In this document: positions 24,371-36,900 of the stretch, piece after piece | How positions within the stretch are numbered: the first letter of the stretch is position 1 | Layout of the letters: each line of letters begins with the position of its first letter | DNA from: Zancudomyces culisetae HAW-14-8 | Taxonomy: Eukaryota > Fungi > Kickxellomycota | Assembly: GCA_052426225.1 (NCBI GenBank) | Contig: JBNJNM010000013.1 | Span: 1,998,246 to 2,062,245 of the forward strand | Direction of reading: 5' to 3' | DNA: 64,000 nucleotides | Program-made: the position numbers and the translations under genes | The notes under the pieces: generated by a model | What the model saw: only the letters and a program-made list of their open reading frames with translations | Database searches by the model: none | What the model was told of the DNA's origin: nothing

Positions 24371-26050
24371 ATGGAAAGATCAGTTCTGGGGTTGGGTTTT
24401 TACGTACACGACTATATTCTGAGTGTATTATTTTCAATACAGTTTGTTGACGACCTTGTGTTATTTGCAACTGAGAGCGAATATAGACACATACTGGCAA
24501 ATCTTATTTACATACCATTATTGGCATGTGATATAAAATGGCTGTTAAAATACATCGTCTCGGATCAATGGCTACAAGAAGTACTGATTTTTATTAAGAA
24601 CGTGGTTTTACTTTGCCTTTTTTGCTACCAATTATCAGCAACAATCAGAAAAACACTAAAGGAACTAGCCGTACCCTATGGTTTAAAAAAAGTAAAATGC
24701 ATAGAGGCAAGTATTAACAGTAACTCTTCGAAGGGATACAAAGGCAAACGTAAGGTTTATGGGAAGAAAATGAACCAAAATCTGTGTATAGTTAATTTGG
24801 AGGAAGGAAGAAGTATTTTGATTGGTGGAGGGTTTTCATCAGAATATGTAAAGCATCCAGATACAATATTCAATAAAAATCGGGCTTTTCTAAGAAACCA
24901 CCACAAACACACAATATTGACCAGAGGAATGAATGTGAGTGATATCCTATACAGAAGATACTTGTTATATTTTCTGTCATATGTTGATTTAAACGAATCG
25001 ATGGAGGCAATCCAACCGACCCTGGAACAAGTAATCAGGAGAGAGATTATATCATCTGGAAGCATGTATAATGGAAATGAGGTTGTGGTTGACAATTTGT
25101 ATGAAACAGTAAAAAGTATGGTTAGATTTGCTATAGTATTTAGATTTTTTGGCTCATACGCAATAAGAGACAGAAATTTGGTTGAAAGCTTGAAAAAAGT
25201 GACGAAACCGACCAGGCTTGGAAACGTCAATAATCAAGAGTTTTTTTCAGTACTTTTTACTGCAGGATATTTGGGTAAAAACTACTTTTTTGAATATTTT
25301 GAACTTGAGTCGAGCTGCAGAAAATACCTTCCCGAATACAGAAAACCAACTGATATAATACAATTTTTTACAGACAATTTTAGCATTTTCCAAGTGGAGC
25401 TAACGAGCGTTGCGTATTGTATACAGAAAGCTATAGCCATTGGTGTGGAAGTGACATCAAGGCGAATGTTTAATTTATTAGTAGAACTTAGTCTGAGGCC
25501 TCACGTCTACAAAGAGTTGCTGCAGGAGCAACATGAGCTTATTAAAAAAAATGGTGGTAACAACCATATTCCATTTGAAATGTTGGACGAAATGGTGTAC
25601 TTGGATGCGTTCATTAAAGAAACGATCAGGCTTTCGGGATCGGATCCATTCATGCCCCGTTGCACGACCCAGGAAGTAGTGATGTCTAATGGCGTGAGTA
25701 TTTCTAAACATCAATATGTGAGTTTCAACATCCAAGCGCACAATAGGGATCCCAAAATATTTGGGCCAAATGCGAATAAATTCAACTACAAGCGACACAT
25801 TCGTCTTGGTCTGAAACTAACTGATGCTTCGTTGGCTAATTTGATGTGGGGTGCTGGCAATCGGGTTTGTTTAGCAAGAATATATGCAGCTGCACTTATG
25901 AAGCTGATGTTGGCAATGATCATTAGAAAATACGAGGTGCATGCCAATTATGCTGTTAAAAAAAACAAGCATGGACAACCCGCATTCTCCCACTATACAT
26001 CCCTTAGCGATTTTTGCATAAACAAGGGATTGTACTTTAAGATTCGTTGA
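24371..26050 (+). CDS. Cytochrome P450, divergent
   Basis: ExxR motif (YLDAFIKETIRL), HNRDPKIFG meander region, heme motif WGAGNRVCLAR, and hydrophobic N-terminal segments. Confidence 0.9.
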   Translation: MERSVLGLGFYVHDYILSVLFSIQFVDDLVLFATESEYRHILANLIYIPLLACDIKWLLKYIVSDQWLQEVLIFIKNVVLLCLFCYQLSATIRKTLKELAVPYGLKKVKCIEASINSNSSKGYKGKRKVYGKKMNQNLCIVNLEEGRSILIGGGFSSEYVKHPDTIFNKNRAFLRNHHKHTILTRGMNVSDILYRRYLLYFLSYVDLNESMEAIQPTLEQVIRREIISSGSMYNGNEVVVDNLYETVKSMVRFAIVFRFFGSYAIRDRNLVESLKKVTKPTRLGNVNNQEFFSVLFTAGYLGKNYFFEYFELESSCRKYLPEYRKPTDIIQFFTDNFSIFQVELTSVAYCIQKAIAIGVEVTSRRMFNLLVELSLRPHVYKELLQEQHELIKKNGGNNHIPFEMLDEMVYLDAFIKETIRLSGSDPFMPRCTTQEVVMSNGVSISKHQYVSFNIQAHNRDPKIFGPNANKFNYKRHIRLGLKLTDASLANLMWGAGNRVCLARIYAAALMKLMLAMIIRKYEVHANYAVKKNKHGQPAFSHYTSLSDFCINKGLYFKIR

Positions 26051-26294
26051 TTATGTAGTGTGTTACATTTTTTTGTTAATTAGGTCAATAACTAACTAAA
26101 TAGAGTGAAGATAATGATGTTTTCGATATCAGACCAAAAAATAAAAGCGATACAAAAAAGAGAAAAGTTGAAACAGAACATTAGCAATATACCCTTGATT
26201 TGGTTTTCGTAATACACAGTATTACTATAGTTGAATTTGACAAAAAATACTCTTGATGTGCTTGAGGGTTTACTTTAGCTAAACACCAATGTAT

Positions 26295-26630
26295 ATAGTC
26301 AAGTGAAATGAAAGCCTATTACTATTATGCGAACATCCAAATATTAATATTCTCATAAATACTCATTATAGCCAAATCAAATTATTATCAGTAACTCAGG
26401 AATTATAAAATTGTACTTTACTGTATGTCATTTCATACATCATATGAATAAAGATTCCTAAGTTTAATTCGTTTAATATTGTTTTATTGTTTTATCTATT
26501 ATATGGTAAGGAATTAATCGATTAAACGAGTATCTAGATAAAAATATTCAGTATATAATAAGGATGGTACACACATAATAGTATCTGGATGTTCGCATAA
26601 TAATAATTGGTTTTCATTTCATTCAACTAA
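26295..26630. mobile_element. MITE, Mutator-like (long TIRs, ~10-bp TSD)
   Basis: TIR tagtcaagtgaaatgaaagcctattactattatgcgaacatcca versus tggatgttcgcataataataattggttttcatttcattcaacta. Flanks are accaatgtat (26285-26294) and accaatgaat (26631-26640). Confidence 0.75.
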
Positions 26631-27891
26631 ACCAATGAATATAATCCTTGTCTATTTTCATTGAATAGTCTGGAATTTTTAGCAGCGTTTAATTTGTTGA
26701 TTTATACCAGATAATTGGTTACTTGGTTAAAATGCCAAGTTCATAAAAAAATATCGGAACACATCCTTGACAATGGTAGTTACCCCCACAAATTTATGGT
26801 TGCAGTAAATGTCAGTTCAATCAGCTACCTTTACGTATTTGCACAATGTGTATACTTTCTACTTCTAGACCATTTCGACTACTTGGGCTCGCTTAACCAC
26901 TCTGTGCTCCAGAAGGTATACGAAATTGGGATTTAATAATTACTACTTTCTGTTTTTTAACTTAATTACGTAAAAATACACTACAGTTTTACATTTTGTT
27001 ATTATCATCTTGAAAAATATTGAAAACCTTAATTAAACCAGTAGGATTAATAACTTGATAAAATCATTGTTTTATCTTTACAATATGTTTGTGAAAATAT
27101 CGAACTTGGATAGCCTACATACATATTTCAATGAGATAGCCTTATCACAAATCAATTATCCGTATTCTAAATAATTGAAGATATTCTAAAACAATCCATT
27201 ACCAAAATGATGAATATTCTTATACTAATATCACAATTCCTATAAATCACCTTTTGGTTACTAGTTATTTGTAATAGGTGTCAAAGACCGAATAAACATA
27301 TCCCACAATATTATTTTGCTGTAAAACTATTAAAGAGTGTATTTTATAACCAACTTATGGTTTAATGGTAATACTATGCTGTTGATAGTTGTGTTAAATA
27401 GTGGTTTTTAGTTATTTAAAACCGTTTTCTTAAAGAGATTAACAACACAGTGTAAATATACTTGATATTTATTTGATTGTCAGCTATTTATAGCATTGAT
27501 ATTTCAATCAAAATGTATTAAATGATAGGGTTACTATATAGATATGAATCAATATTCAAACATTTTTTGGGATTTGATTTATAGCCATCGTAAAGTTTAA
27601 ACAAATTCAATCAAAACAACGTGGTTGACTTTAAGCAAAAAGTCATTTTACTGATTTCAGGGTTTACAGCTGGTTCAAAATTTTAAGCGTTTTAGTACCG
27701 AACAATCTGAACTGATGAAAATTCTGTCAACAGCTATAAACGGCACGGTAGATATGAAAGCGGAAGGGAACCTACCCTAAACACTCAAATGTTAAAACAT
27801 GTTTATATATAGACACGGTAGGTACAATAGTGATTTAACCAAATATCAGTTATAATTTGCCAAGTATTAATTCATGTATCCTCGATGGTGG

Positions 27892-28564
27892 TGTCATGTG
27901 TAGTTGGATGTCTTGCGAAACCTAAAGAAATCAAGTAATACTTTTTTATTTTAATTACATCAACTAATATTTTAACAAGAAAACAATCAATATTTAAAAA
28001 AACTATTATTGATTAAAAAAATAATTAAAAGATCACAGAAAAGTTATAAAACGGAAAATCAAATATAAATATGAATATAGTTAATATATCAATTGTTTAA
28101 AAAAAGTATAAAAAGAAAAAGGAAATGACGAAGCCACAAGTCATGGACACTGAGAAACAAAACTATGACCAAAACTAATTAAATAAAATATTAGTAACTA
28201 ATGTGAATAGTTAAAATTTTCTAAGTGTAATGAAAATAAAGAATGAATACTTTCTAAAGGAAAAATTATAAGTTTTAGCTATAACAAAAAAAGATAATAG
28301 TGCTACGGCTAGTTAAGCTTATAATACTTTAAAAATTAAAATCTCAATTAATATGTCAGGTCTTATGCATAAACTGAGATTAGCATGGATCCAGCAGGCC
28401 AAGGATGAAGGCCGTTATTCATCAGACAGTGATCGCTCTGGAACCATCAATATGAAGGTGGATTCCAGAGAGTCACACGGCCCATTTAAAGAGCTTGCTG
28501 ATCAAACCTTTTTGCTAATGAAAAACCCGATAACAGGCGAGTATCAGACCGTACTCGCTCAACA
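27892..28564 (+). mobile_element. ~670-bp TG..CA element (family X, copy 3) containing micro-ORF from 28353
   Basis: Starts tgtcatgtg and ends ctcaaca. Contains tagtgctacggctagt and MSGLMHKLRLAWIQQAKDEGRYSSDSDRSG. Confidence 0.65.
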
Positions 28565-30362
28565 ACCTGTATTTTTTTACTTTTATTTTATTTAGTATAT
28601 TCACTTTGTCTATTTGTTGTTTTCACATTCGAATTAAAGTATTGACATGCCTTTTTGATGATTCTGATATAGGTTGATATGAAAACACTATATCGGTGTA
28701 CTCTGGTGCTGTTTTACTTGGTTTTGGGATGTTGCTCTTAGTATAAAATAATTTTAATTTAATAGTGGATCTCACACTCAAATAGTAGAAAGTAATAAAC
28801 CTAAATTAAATTACTGATATCAGAGAAGCTCAACTTTAGTATTAAATAAATTCGTATAGTTATCTTGCCTAGATCTGAATTATTTTGTAGACTACATGAT
28901 TTTACTCGCGCTAGTGTCGTTTCACTAAAAATCCAAACCTAAACTAAATTTTGTATTTCTTGCGCTTTAATATGTATTCTATCTCTTCAATAAGCTGAAA
29001 AGTAGAGTATTTACACTACTTTTTTTTAAATTTAGGTATAGTATAACAATAAAAACATACCTATATTCACTTGACGATGTAAAAATACACTAAACAAACA
29101 GTAGTAGAATTTGAAAGTGTAACATAATATGATATTTTCGTTAATTAAATTTTATCTCTAGTCAAAAATATCTAGAACATTCTAGTTGCATTGGTGTGTT
29201 AAATGGTTTGGTTGACCAAATTATAGTTAAGCTTGACTAATACAAAACAGTTTTAGATATTTAAAACATTTATTTTTTATCAGTGTTCACCAATAAAGCT
29301 CAATTTTTAGCTTTGGTTTGAATTTTGTCAAATCGAATACACTATTCGTAAGAGTGTATTTATCGAACCCACTTGAAATGCACTAGAAGCCCTGTCCACA
29401 ATAATTAATATTCAAACAAACTATAATTATACTCTTAAGTATATATACTTTCACCTACAACAATATTGTAAACGAAATTATTACTTTGTACTAGAGCATT
29501 ACTGTTCATCATTTTAACTCTAGTAAGCTTTAAAATGACATCAAGAGCTTATCCTTCTAGCTCAGAAATTGACAATATTCAAAAATTATACCAAGAGATA
29601 TACGGATGCAAAATTTTAATATATTGCAAATCTAAAGATGATACCTTTGTGCTGCTCAACCTGTCTAGAAGTTTTCGTTATACTGTAACTAGATTATTTG
29701 ATTTTCGTACATCTAGAATCTATTAGTTCATTATTTTATCAGACATGTCTAGCTGGTATTAATATTGAAATAAACCAGTAGACTATTTAGTTACCAAAAA
29801 CTAAAATTATGGCTCAGATATGAAAAGTGATGGAATGTTCGGGAATATCTATTCCAAACACCCAATCAAAATTTCAAAATATAAATTAAAACTTTGTTTC
29901 TAGACTACGACTTATCGCACTCTAGTAGAAATACTCTGCTGACACCGGAGGTGATAAGAAGTATTTTACTATTCTTCTACTTTATTTCTAGATTTTTATT
30001 TTTTTATATTCCTTTTTCAATAGTCTATTTACTTTTTCGCTAATAATTAATCTATATAATTTTAATTGTTAAGATAATATACCTAGAAGTTTGAACTTAC
30101 AATATATTGTACGATCTATAATAATTTTGCCTAGTATTTGATCTACATGCTTTTGATCAGCACACCTGTTACTAATAAGATATACTGTATAGACAAGTCT
30201 ACTAAAAGTATTACTTTACTAGACCTACAAATGTTTAGTTCTTTAAAATGTATAAATAGTGATAGATAAAGTCCTAGTTTGAAACTCCAGCCTCAGCTAA
30301 AATAGATAAAACTAGACCAAAATAGCCACAAAGTTTATTACTGAAAAAGAAAATCTCTAAAA

Positions 30363-30758
30363 ATGCGCATTTTAAGTTATACATTGGCCATCCAGCTTCT
30401 GTCAGCTACTCAAACCCTGCTAGTATCAGGCCATTGCCGTCATCGCCATCATGGGTACTCTCGACCAACCTTACACGTTAAAGTATTCTCAGGCTACCGC
30501 TTTTCAGGAGATGTAATAAACGACTTCCAAATGAGAAAACACAAGTGTTATAACATTAAGCAGGGCACCTCAGCGCAATTTCTTAATCCCACGGATAGGT
30601 CAGGAGGAATGTTGGTATGCAGAGAAAACGACTGCAGAGGTGTGTGTACAGTAAATACCAGGTTTTTACAAATTGGTATGTGGAATTTCCCAGAAGATCT
30701 CAAGTCTGGTCCACTTTCAATTAAATGGGTGTCAATGGGTACTGCCCCCAACGAGTAA
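30363..30758 (+). CDS. Small secreted Cys-containing protein, beta/gamma-crystallin-like family
   Basis: Signal peptide, His-rich stretch, LHVKVFSGYRFSG..KCYNI..VCRENDCRGVC..SIKW. TATAAATA at 30251. Confidence 0.85.
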   Translation: MRILSYTLAIQLLSATQTLLVSGHCRHRHHGYSRPTLHVKVFSGYRFSGDVINDFQMRKHKCYNIKQGTSAQFLNPTDRSGGMLVCRENDCRGVCTVNTRFLQIGMWNFPEDLKSGPLSIKWVSMGTAPNE

Positions 30759-31361
30759 TCTTTAATACCCCTTTATAAGCAATAAAATATTTCTTTAGAG
30801 TCAAGTTTAGTTGATGAAAATATTATTTTTCTAGCCTTAGAGTGCTGAGATTAATTAAAGTATCCAATCTTTGCATAAATAAATTACAGTATTCTGCATT
30901 AAAACGAGACCAAAATGATCCACAAGCTATAATATTTACGTATATTTTAGTTGATAGTATAATTTAATGTCACAAGTACACAAACATTAAAAAGATAGTA
31001 GGTAAAAAATTTCTTAAAACATAATATGAAAAGTCTGTTTCCACAAGTCTAGAGACAGCATACTCACTGGTAATTGGTCAGATGATGTATTTTCTGCCTT
31101 AGGTAGATCAAAGCCAATTATCTTAATAAGCTATGTGTACTTTACCTATGGTAATATTACTAATTTAGTTAACGGAATAAATTAGATACTGGTAATTTAA
31201 TTGCTATTTAAGTGCTAATTCTGAATTTATAATCGATTATGCAGCAATTTATGTATCTTCATGTATATTGTTCGATATATATATATTTAAATAATATATA
31301 AAGACCCTTAGAATCAGTTAAAGTAACGACTAAAACCAATAAAGTTTTAAAGACTGGCAAG

Positions 31362-31766
31362 TTAGTAGTAGTATCCACCATAGTATGGGTATCTGTAACC
31401 GTAACCATACGATGGATATCCGTAGTATCCGCCGTAGTATGGGTATCCATAATTTCCATACCACCAACGGTCATCAGTTCCATTTCCTGCATCACCACCT
31501 TCTGCTGAAGGATCAACAGTTTGAGCAGAATCGTCGTCAGCTGGTGCAACTTCCTCCTCCTCGTCAGCACGCTTGCGGTAGGCTGGTGTAGCAAAGCGGT
31601 TGTTAAAGGCAGAGCGAGATGGTGGAGCATATCTTCCAAAGTCCTGGACCTGTCCCATTGGTGGTTGCATAGGTTCGACATTTGCTCTTGGTCTTGGGGC
31701 GAATGCAGCATTTACTGATACTGTGGCAACTGCAGCAGTGAAGAGTGCGAGTGTTGACTTTACCAT
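31362..31766 (-). CDS. Secreted Gly/Tyr-rich prepropeptide (copy 2)
   Basis: Paralogue of 9580-10038 with the same signal peptide, RKR site and DDRWW..GY-rich tail. Confidence 0.88.
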   Translation of the reverse strand: MVKSTLALFTAAVATVSVNAAFAPRPRANVEPMQPPMGQVQDFGRYAPPSRSAFNNRFATPAYRKRADEEEEVAPADDDSAQTVDPSAEGGDAGNGTDDRWWYGNYGYPYYGGYYGYPSYGYGYRYPYYGGYYY

Positions 31767-33039
31767 TTTTGATATTTAGTTTAAAATGAGCGTTGTTTGT
31801 AGCTGATTGCTAATGCAATATTTTAATACAAATGATTATGATTATGCTTAAAATTTTTACTTGAAGAATCTTCAATTGTTGATGATTTTTTATTTTGACA
31901 GTGATATCTTGACCCATTTTATACTTTTATTTTTTCTTGTTTGTAATCTGCTTTACTCTTTAAACACATTTAACGGATATCCTATGTCATCTTTAAAGAG
32001 ATAGTGGAAGATTCTAATTTTAGAACGGTATAAACGAGTATTTATTGCTCTAACTTTAGTATATTTAGGTTATAATAATAATCGATATAATTACAGTTAG
32101 TAATATACAATACTATTTTTAACCTAAATATGGTATATCGGATTTTTCTAAATACACTTACTTAGGTACCAGCGTTGTAGTACTAGCAAATAAAAGACAA
32201 AGATTGTTGCGTTTAGTATTATTTCATTGGTAGATTGATTGATTTATAATGTTACCTAAAACTACGTAAATAATATAGATATTAGATTTTGTATCTAATT
32301 CGTTTGAAATATCTTTCCTTAATAAGAAATAAATAAAGTAATTAAAACGAGAGTAAAGTACCTCATTGATGGTATCGGTATTTTCAAAAAAACTCTGATT
32401 TAGATAATAGTGTCATTTCTAAAAATAATATTGATATTTATAATGTTCTCTTAAATGGAAAAACATTAACTAATATTGGGGGTGCACCTGGAAAAGAGGT
32501 AAAATAGACAAAACTACCCGGTCCTGTAAACATTCCAATTCAACTAGCCATTATTTCCATTTTTTTCGACAAGGATTAGTCACTACTTGTATACACATAC
32601 CCATTGTGTTTGTAATGTAGAATAAAATAAACGCCTATTTTGTATAATGTATTATTAAACCACGAAGCAACTACTATGAAACTCTCTAGCACAATGAACT
32701 TTATTTTTATGTTCATGTAGTTATTTTGGTCCCGTAGGTGTTACTAATAGCAAAAATATATTATACAAGGGTTTACTGATTGAGTCTATTTATAGATTGA
32801 TAACTACTTTAGAATATTAGTAGCTATGTTGATCCGATGTATTATTCTATTCAGTATTGTATATAATAGAATAATGATTCTTGTATTATTCTTATCAGTT
32901 TGCTTTTTTTGTATAAATGTTCCAGCTTTTTCTTTTTTAAAGAACCAAAATACATTGAAACCTTTACCGATGTTAAAAGATATAGATCGTTTAACTATTT
33001 TAAAATATCTTTGATTATAGACTCTAAACTCATTCAACC

Positions 33040-33579
33040 ATGTTTAAAAAGCTATTGATTTTGGTTGCGTTATTGCAATTCTGCCTAGCATCCTCAGATT
33101 TTCAGAAAGACCTAGCATGTAAGGTTACAGTCACCAATGCATACCCTTGTACGGAACATACATATTGGAGAGATCTGAGCGGTGAAATACCTATGAATGC
33201 GGGAGACTGGTTCAAGTACTGGTCATTCTCATACAAGGACTTTGACAGAAATCAAATAAAATACTCAGGACACGATTTGCCTAATAGTGTAATCAGTCAG
33301 TATATTGGCTTTAATGTTGATTCAAATCTGAGAACAGGTGAATCTATATGTACTTGGGTCAAGGCTGGTGTTACAGTAAAAGTTTTGGCTAGAACCTATA
33401 TGAGATGTGTTGAACTCGATACTGTGAGTGACTGCAACGGAATGCAAACACGCTTGAGAACCAAAATCTGTGTAGACGAAAAATGGGATGCACTTGCATA
33501 TGAAAGATACTGTCATTGGAACAATTGTGGATTAGGGTGGGATGGACCTTTCTCAAAAGAAAAATCAGTGTTCTGTTGA
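33040..33579 (+). CDS. Secreted Cys-rich protein of unknown function
   Basis: Clear signal peptide MFKKLLILVALLQFCLA, 179 aa, multiple Cys, beta-strand-like composition. Confidence 0.82.
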   Translation: MFKKLLILVALLQFCLASSDFQKDLACKVTVTNAYPCTEHTYWRDLSGEIPMNAGDWFKYWSFSYKDFDRNQIKYSGHDLPNSVISQYIGFNVDSNLRTGESICTWVKAGVTVKVLARTYMRCVELDTVSDCNGMQTRLRTKICVDEKWDALAYERYCHWNNCGLGWDGPFSKEKSVFC

Positions 33580-33676
33580 TTTTTTGAAACTGATTAGTAC
33601 AACTGCTGGTATAACTAGTGTTAGAAATAATACAAATTAACATTTTCTATTTATAAACAATTGCATTATTTTTGTC

Positions 33677-34405
33677 TGTCGTGTGTGTTTTGGTGTAGAT
33701 CGGGATTCAATGATTTCAAATAATATTTTATTATCTACATAAACAATAACTATAAATATTTACATTGTAATCACAAAAACAAAAACAGTTATTAATTCGT
33801 TCCAAAACTTCAAACAATAACATAAAAATTATAAAATGAAATATGAAAAATACAACTAAAAAGATTATTAGTTAGTAAATCAACCACAGAGATAAAAACA
33901 AACTGAATATGATAACGAATGTAAGAACATAACTACAAGCAAGAAAAAAGTAAAACAAGAATGAAACATAGGTTAATTATATATAGCTATTAGTTGTTTT
34001 GTCGAAATACTATATATAAACAAAAGTAGACTCATTAAAGATTTCTTAGCTCTTATAACAGTTTTAAGAAGATAGAATATTAAGATAAATAAATAGTAAT
34101 TGTGAACACAAGTTTATTAGGATTAGTGCTACGGCTAGTCATAAATACAAGTTTAAAAAAAAACAAGAATAGCTATTAAAATCTCACATAAAGAATGTCA
34201 GGCTTCATGAGTAAATTTAGACCCAGATGGATCCAGTCAGAAAGAGATGAGGGCAGATACTCATCTGATAGTGACCGTTCGGGAGCCACTTCTATGGAAG
34301 TGGATCCCGAAATATCACGTGTCCCATTTGCTGAATTATGGATCATGTATTTTTGCAACTAAAGAACCCGTCAAAGGATGAGGCTGTCCCCAACCTCACC
34401 CGACA
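33677..34405 (+). mobile_element. ~730-bp TG..CA element (family X, copy 4; best preserved ends)
   Basis: Imperfect inverted termini TGTCGTGTGTGTTTTGG / CCCAACCTCACCCGACA. Micro-ORF from 34195. No TSD seen (ttgtc / gaaca). Confidence 0.72.
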
Positions 34406-34901
34406 GAACAGAAACTTAATATTATTATGCGAGCGTCAATATATAATGGAGTCACACCCAATATTCTACACAGCTAGCACAAATGATTGGCATTCAGATT
34501 ATTAGACAGACGACACCACATTGAATTGGTTAGTTTATTTATAAAGATTTATAACAAATGTTAACCATTATTTACACATCTATGTAAAGAGCACTAAATA
34601 TTTACTTTCTATATCGAAGAAAAATATACCTGACTTCATGATATCAAATATCTCAACTAAAACGTTAATCAATAACCACATCTGATTAATATTGGGGAGT
34701 AGTTCATAAACTAATTGTATCTAGAATAGCGAAGCAAATTACTACAATACTCAAAAGTGTAAAAAATTATTATGGTTGGAGGTACATCCCTTTGTTTGTG
34801 AAAATTATAAAAAGAGAACTTTTTTTCAAGTCGAAAGAAGGTAAATCAAAACCGAATTATAATCAACAATTCATAATAGCATCGAAAAAAAAAAAGCCAA
34901 A

Positions 34902-35326
34902 ATGATCAAGTCAGTAATTCTCAATATATTCAGCATTGGTATACTTTATTTAGCTTTGCCGCAAAGTGCAAATAACCACACCTTACAAACAGCCTATGAG
35001 GATCAAATTTTAGAAACCAATCCTGTCGAAAAAAGCTTTAGGCGTGATAATATGGCAGTTCAGTTATTTGTTGGTGGTGGTTTCAAAGCCCTAAAAGGTA
35101 CCTTTAATGTCAAACCAAACACATGCTACAATGAGAGTAATTTTTCATCTGTTAAAATGGTTGGTGTGAATGAGAATAGAGGTGCCTTTATGGTCTGTAG
35201 AGAATTAAATGTAGTGACAGCTGTTATGTCCATAATATGAGTAGTGGAAATGAGATTTATGATTCGTGGTTTTATATTGGTCAAGTCTATGCGGTATCTT
35301 ATTTTTGGATTACTCCGTACAATTAA
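34902..35326 (+). pseudogene. Small Cys-containing secreted family member with a 1-nt frameshift (or assembly error)
   Basis: MIKSVILN..VKPNTCYN..MVCRELN. Adding one base near 35210 restores CSDSCYVHNM...AVSYFWITPYN* ending at 35326, which matches the family C-terminus. Confidence 0.75.
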
Positions 35327-36540
35327 TGCGATTCAAACCTACAAATGGATTTGATTTCATTTCCCAACTTGATCATAATTTAAACATACTTAAAGGTTAA
35401 AGATTTAAAGCAGATTTAGGAAACTTTTATTGTTATTTTTAAACTTTTTTATGAATAAACATACCAAACATATAGTATAAATAAATAGATTATGTGTGAA
35501 AAGAGATAAATTGACTTTACACCAAATTCTTTTGTCAAATTTCGTCAAAATTTCTTATTAAAAATATAATGAAAGTGTAACAAAATGTATGTCAGTCTTC
35601 AGTTTATATATTTTACAAAATGCCAGATTTTATAAACGCTAGTAATTAGCTTATTATCGGTATAAAGATGTGAAAACCAAAAATTATCTATTAAATAAAA
35701 AAAAGCTATAAAAACTGAAACGATAAAGAAAAGGCCCGAAATCAGGCTAATTAAACGCATAAAGTTGAGGGTTAATACTAAACGACTTGGCCGAGAATAA
35801 AAATTCTAGATTAATAGTCTAATATGTTTAGTTTGAAATGAAAATTATATTTATTTTGCGAATATCCAGATAAGATTATGTTTCACCCAGTTCTGCCCAA
35901 TCTAGCACACAAATAAATGTAAGGAATCAAGAAAGTAGAAAAATAATCGGTAATATACTTTTACTTTCACTTTTGTTTTTATTAAGAAAAACCATTTACA
36001 TACTTTTAACCCTTCATTTTCAAAAATAATTTTATTATCGTGTTAGAAATTACTAAATAAATTTAGTGATCGCAGTCAGATACTAAATCGCTAACACTTG
36101 GAAATTTTTTCGAGTCAAAATATTTATGATCTAGGAAAGATTTCAAAATTATATAAAGATTAAGTAAACATAATTATTTCTGGTGTTTTGTGTAATAATA
36201 ATAAGTTTTCAATACATTCAACTAAATATATTAGAATAACCTCTTTTAACAAACTACCAGTAGGTATAGAATCTTTGAGAAAGTCGAGTAAGAAATGCTT
36301 AGTAGATATTATATGGAGTTTTTTACCTACTAATCTTTGTGATATTTAGTATATTTGTGACAAGGTTAATTTTGTACTCAAATTAAAATATATCTTTGTG
36401 TGTTTATGTCACTTTGTTAACTATATTAAAGTTAATATGCTAATCATTTTGATAATAGAATTGTAACTTTATTCAAGTATACGTTCAAATTAAATAAAAA
36501 CAAATTTACTACCAACTAAACTATGCTCTAAAGTAACAAT

Positions 36541-36900
36541 TTATTCGTTGGCGGCAAGACCGAATGCTATCCATTTCATAGAAAGAACGCTTGTACCGAC
36601 ATCAAGATAGAAGTCCCAATTACCTGTTCTTATAAAATCGGTGTTTGCCGTACATACACCCTGACAATTTCTTTCCCTACACATTATAAGTGCTCCTGAT
36701 CCATCAGTGGGGTTAAGGTATTGTCCCGATCTGCCAGGGTTAATGTTATAACATTGATGTTTTACCATCTGGAGTTCATCCACGACAGCACCAGAAAATC
36801 GATATCCTGAAAATATTTTGGCATGCAGGGTTTGGAATTTAGCATTTACTGGAAACATAGAAACTACGGCCGCAAGAAGTGCTAGTGTTGACTTTACCAT
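36541..36900 (-). CDS. Chimeric secreted protein: GY-family signal peptide fused to the 30363-type mature domain
   Basis: MVKSTLALLAAVVSMFPVNA followed by TLHAKIFSGYRFSGAVVDELQMVKHQCYNI...CRERNCQGVCTAN...SMKW..ANE. Confidence 0.87.
   Translation of the reverse strand: MVKSTLALLAAVVSMFPVNAKFQTLHAKIFSGYRFSGAVVDELQMVKHQCYNINPGRSGQYLNPTDGSGALIMCRERNCQGVCTANTDFIRTGNWDFYLDVGTSVLSMKWIAFGLAANE

Noticed and set aside
34245-34320. Hammerhead ribozyme in family X (CTGATAG...GAAA with hairpins)
   Set aside because: The core is not CUGANGA. Substitutions among copies are synonymous and break the stems, which favours coding constraint.
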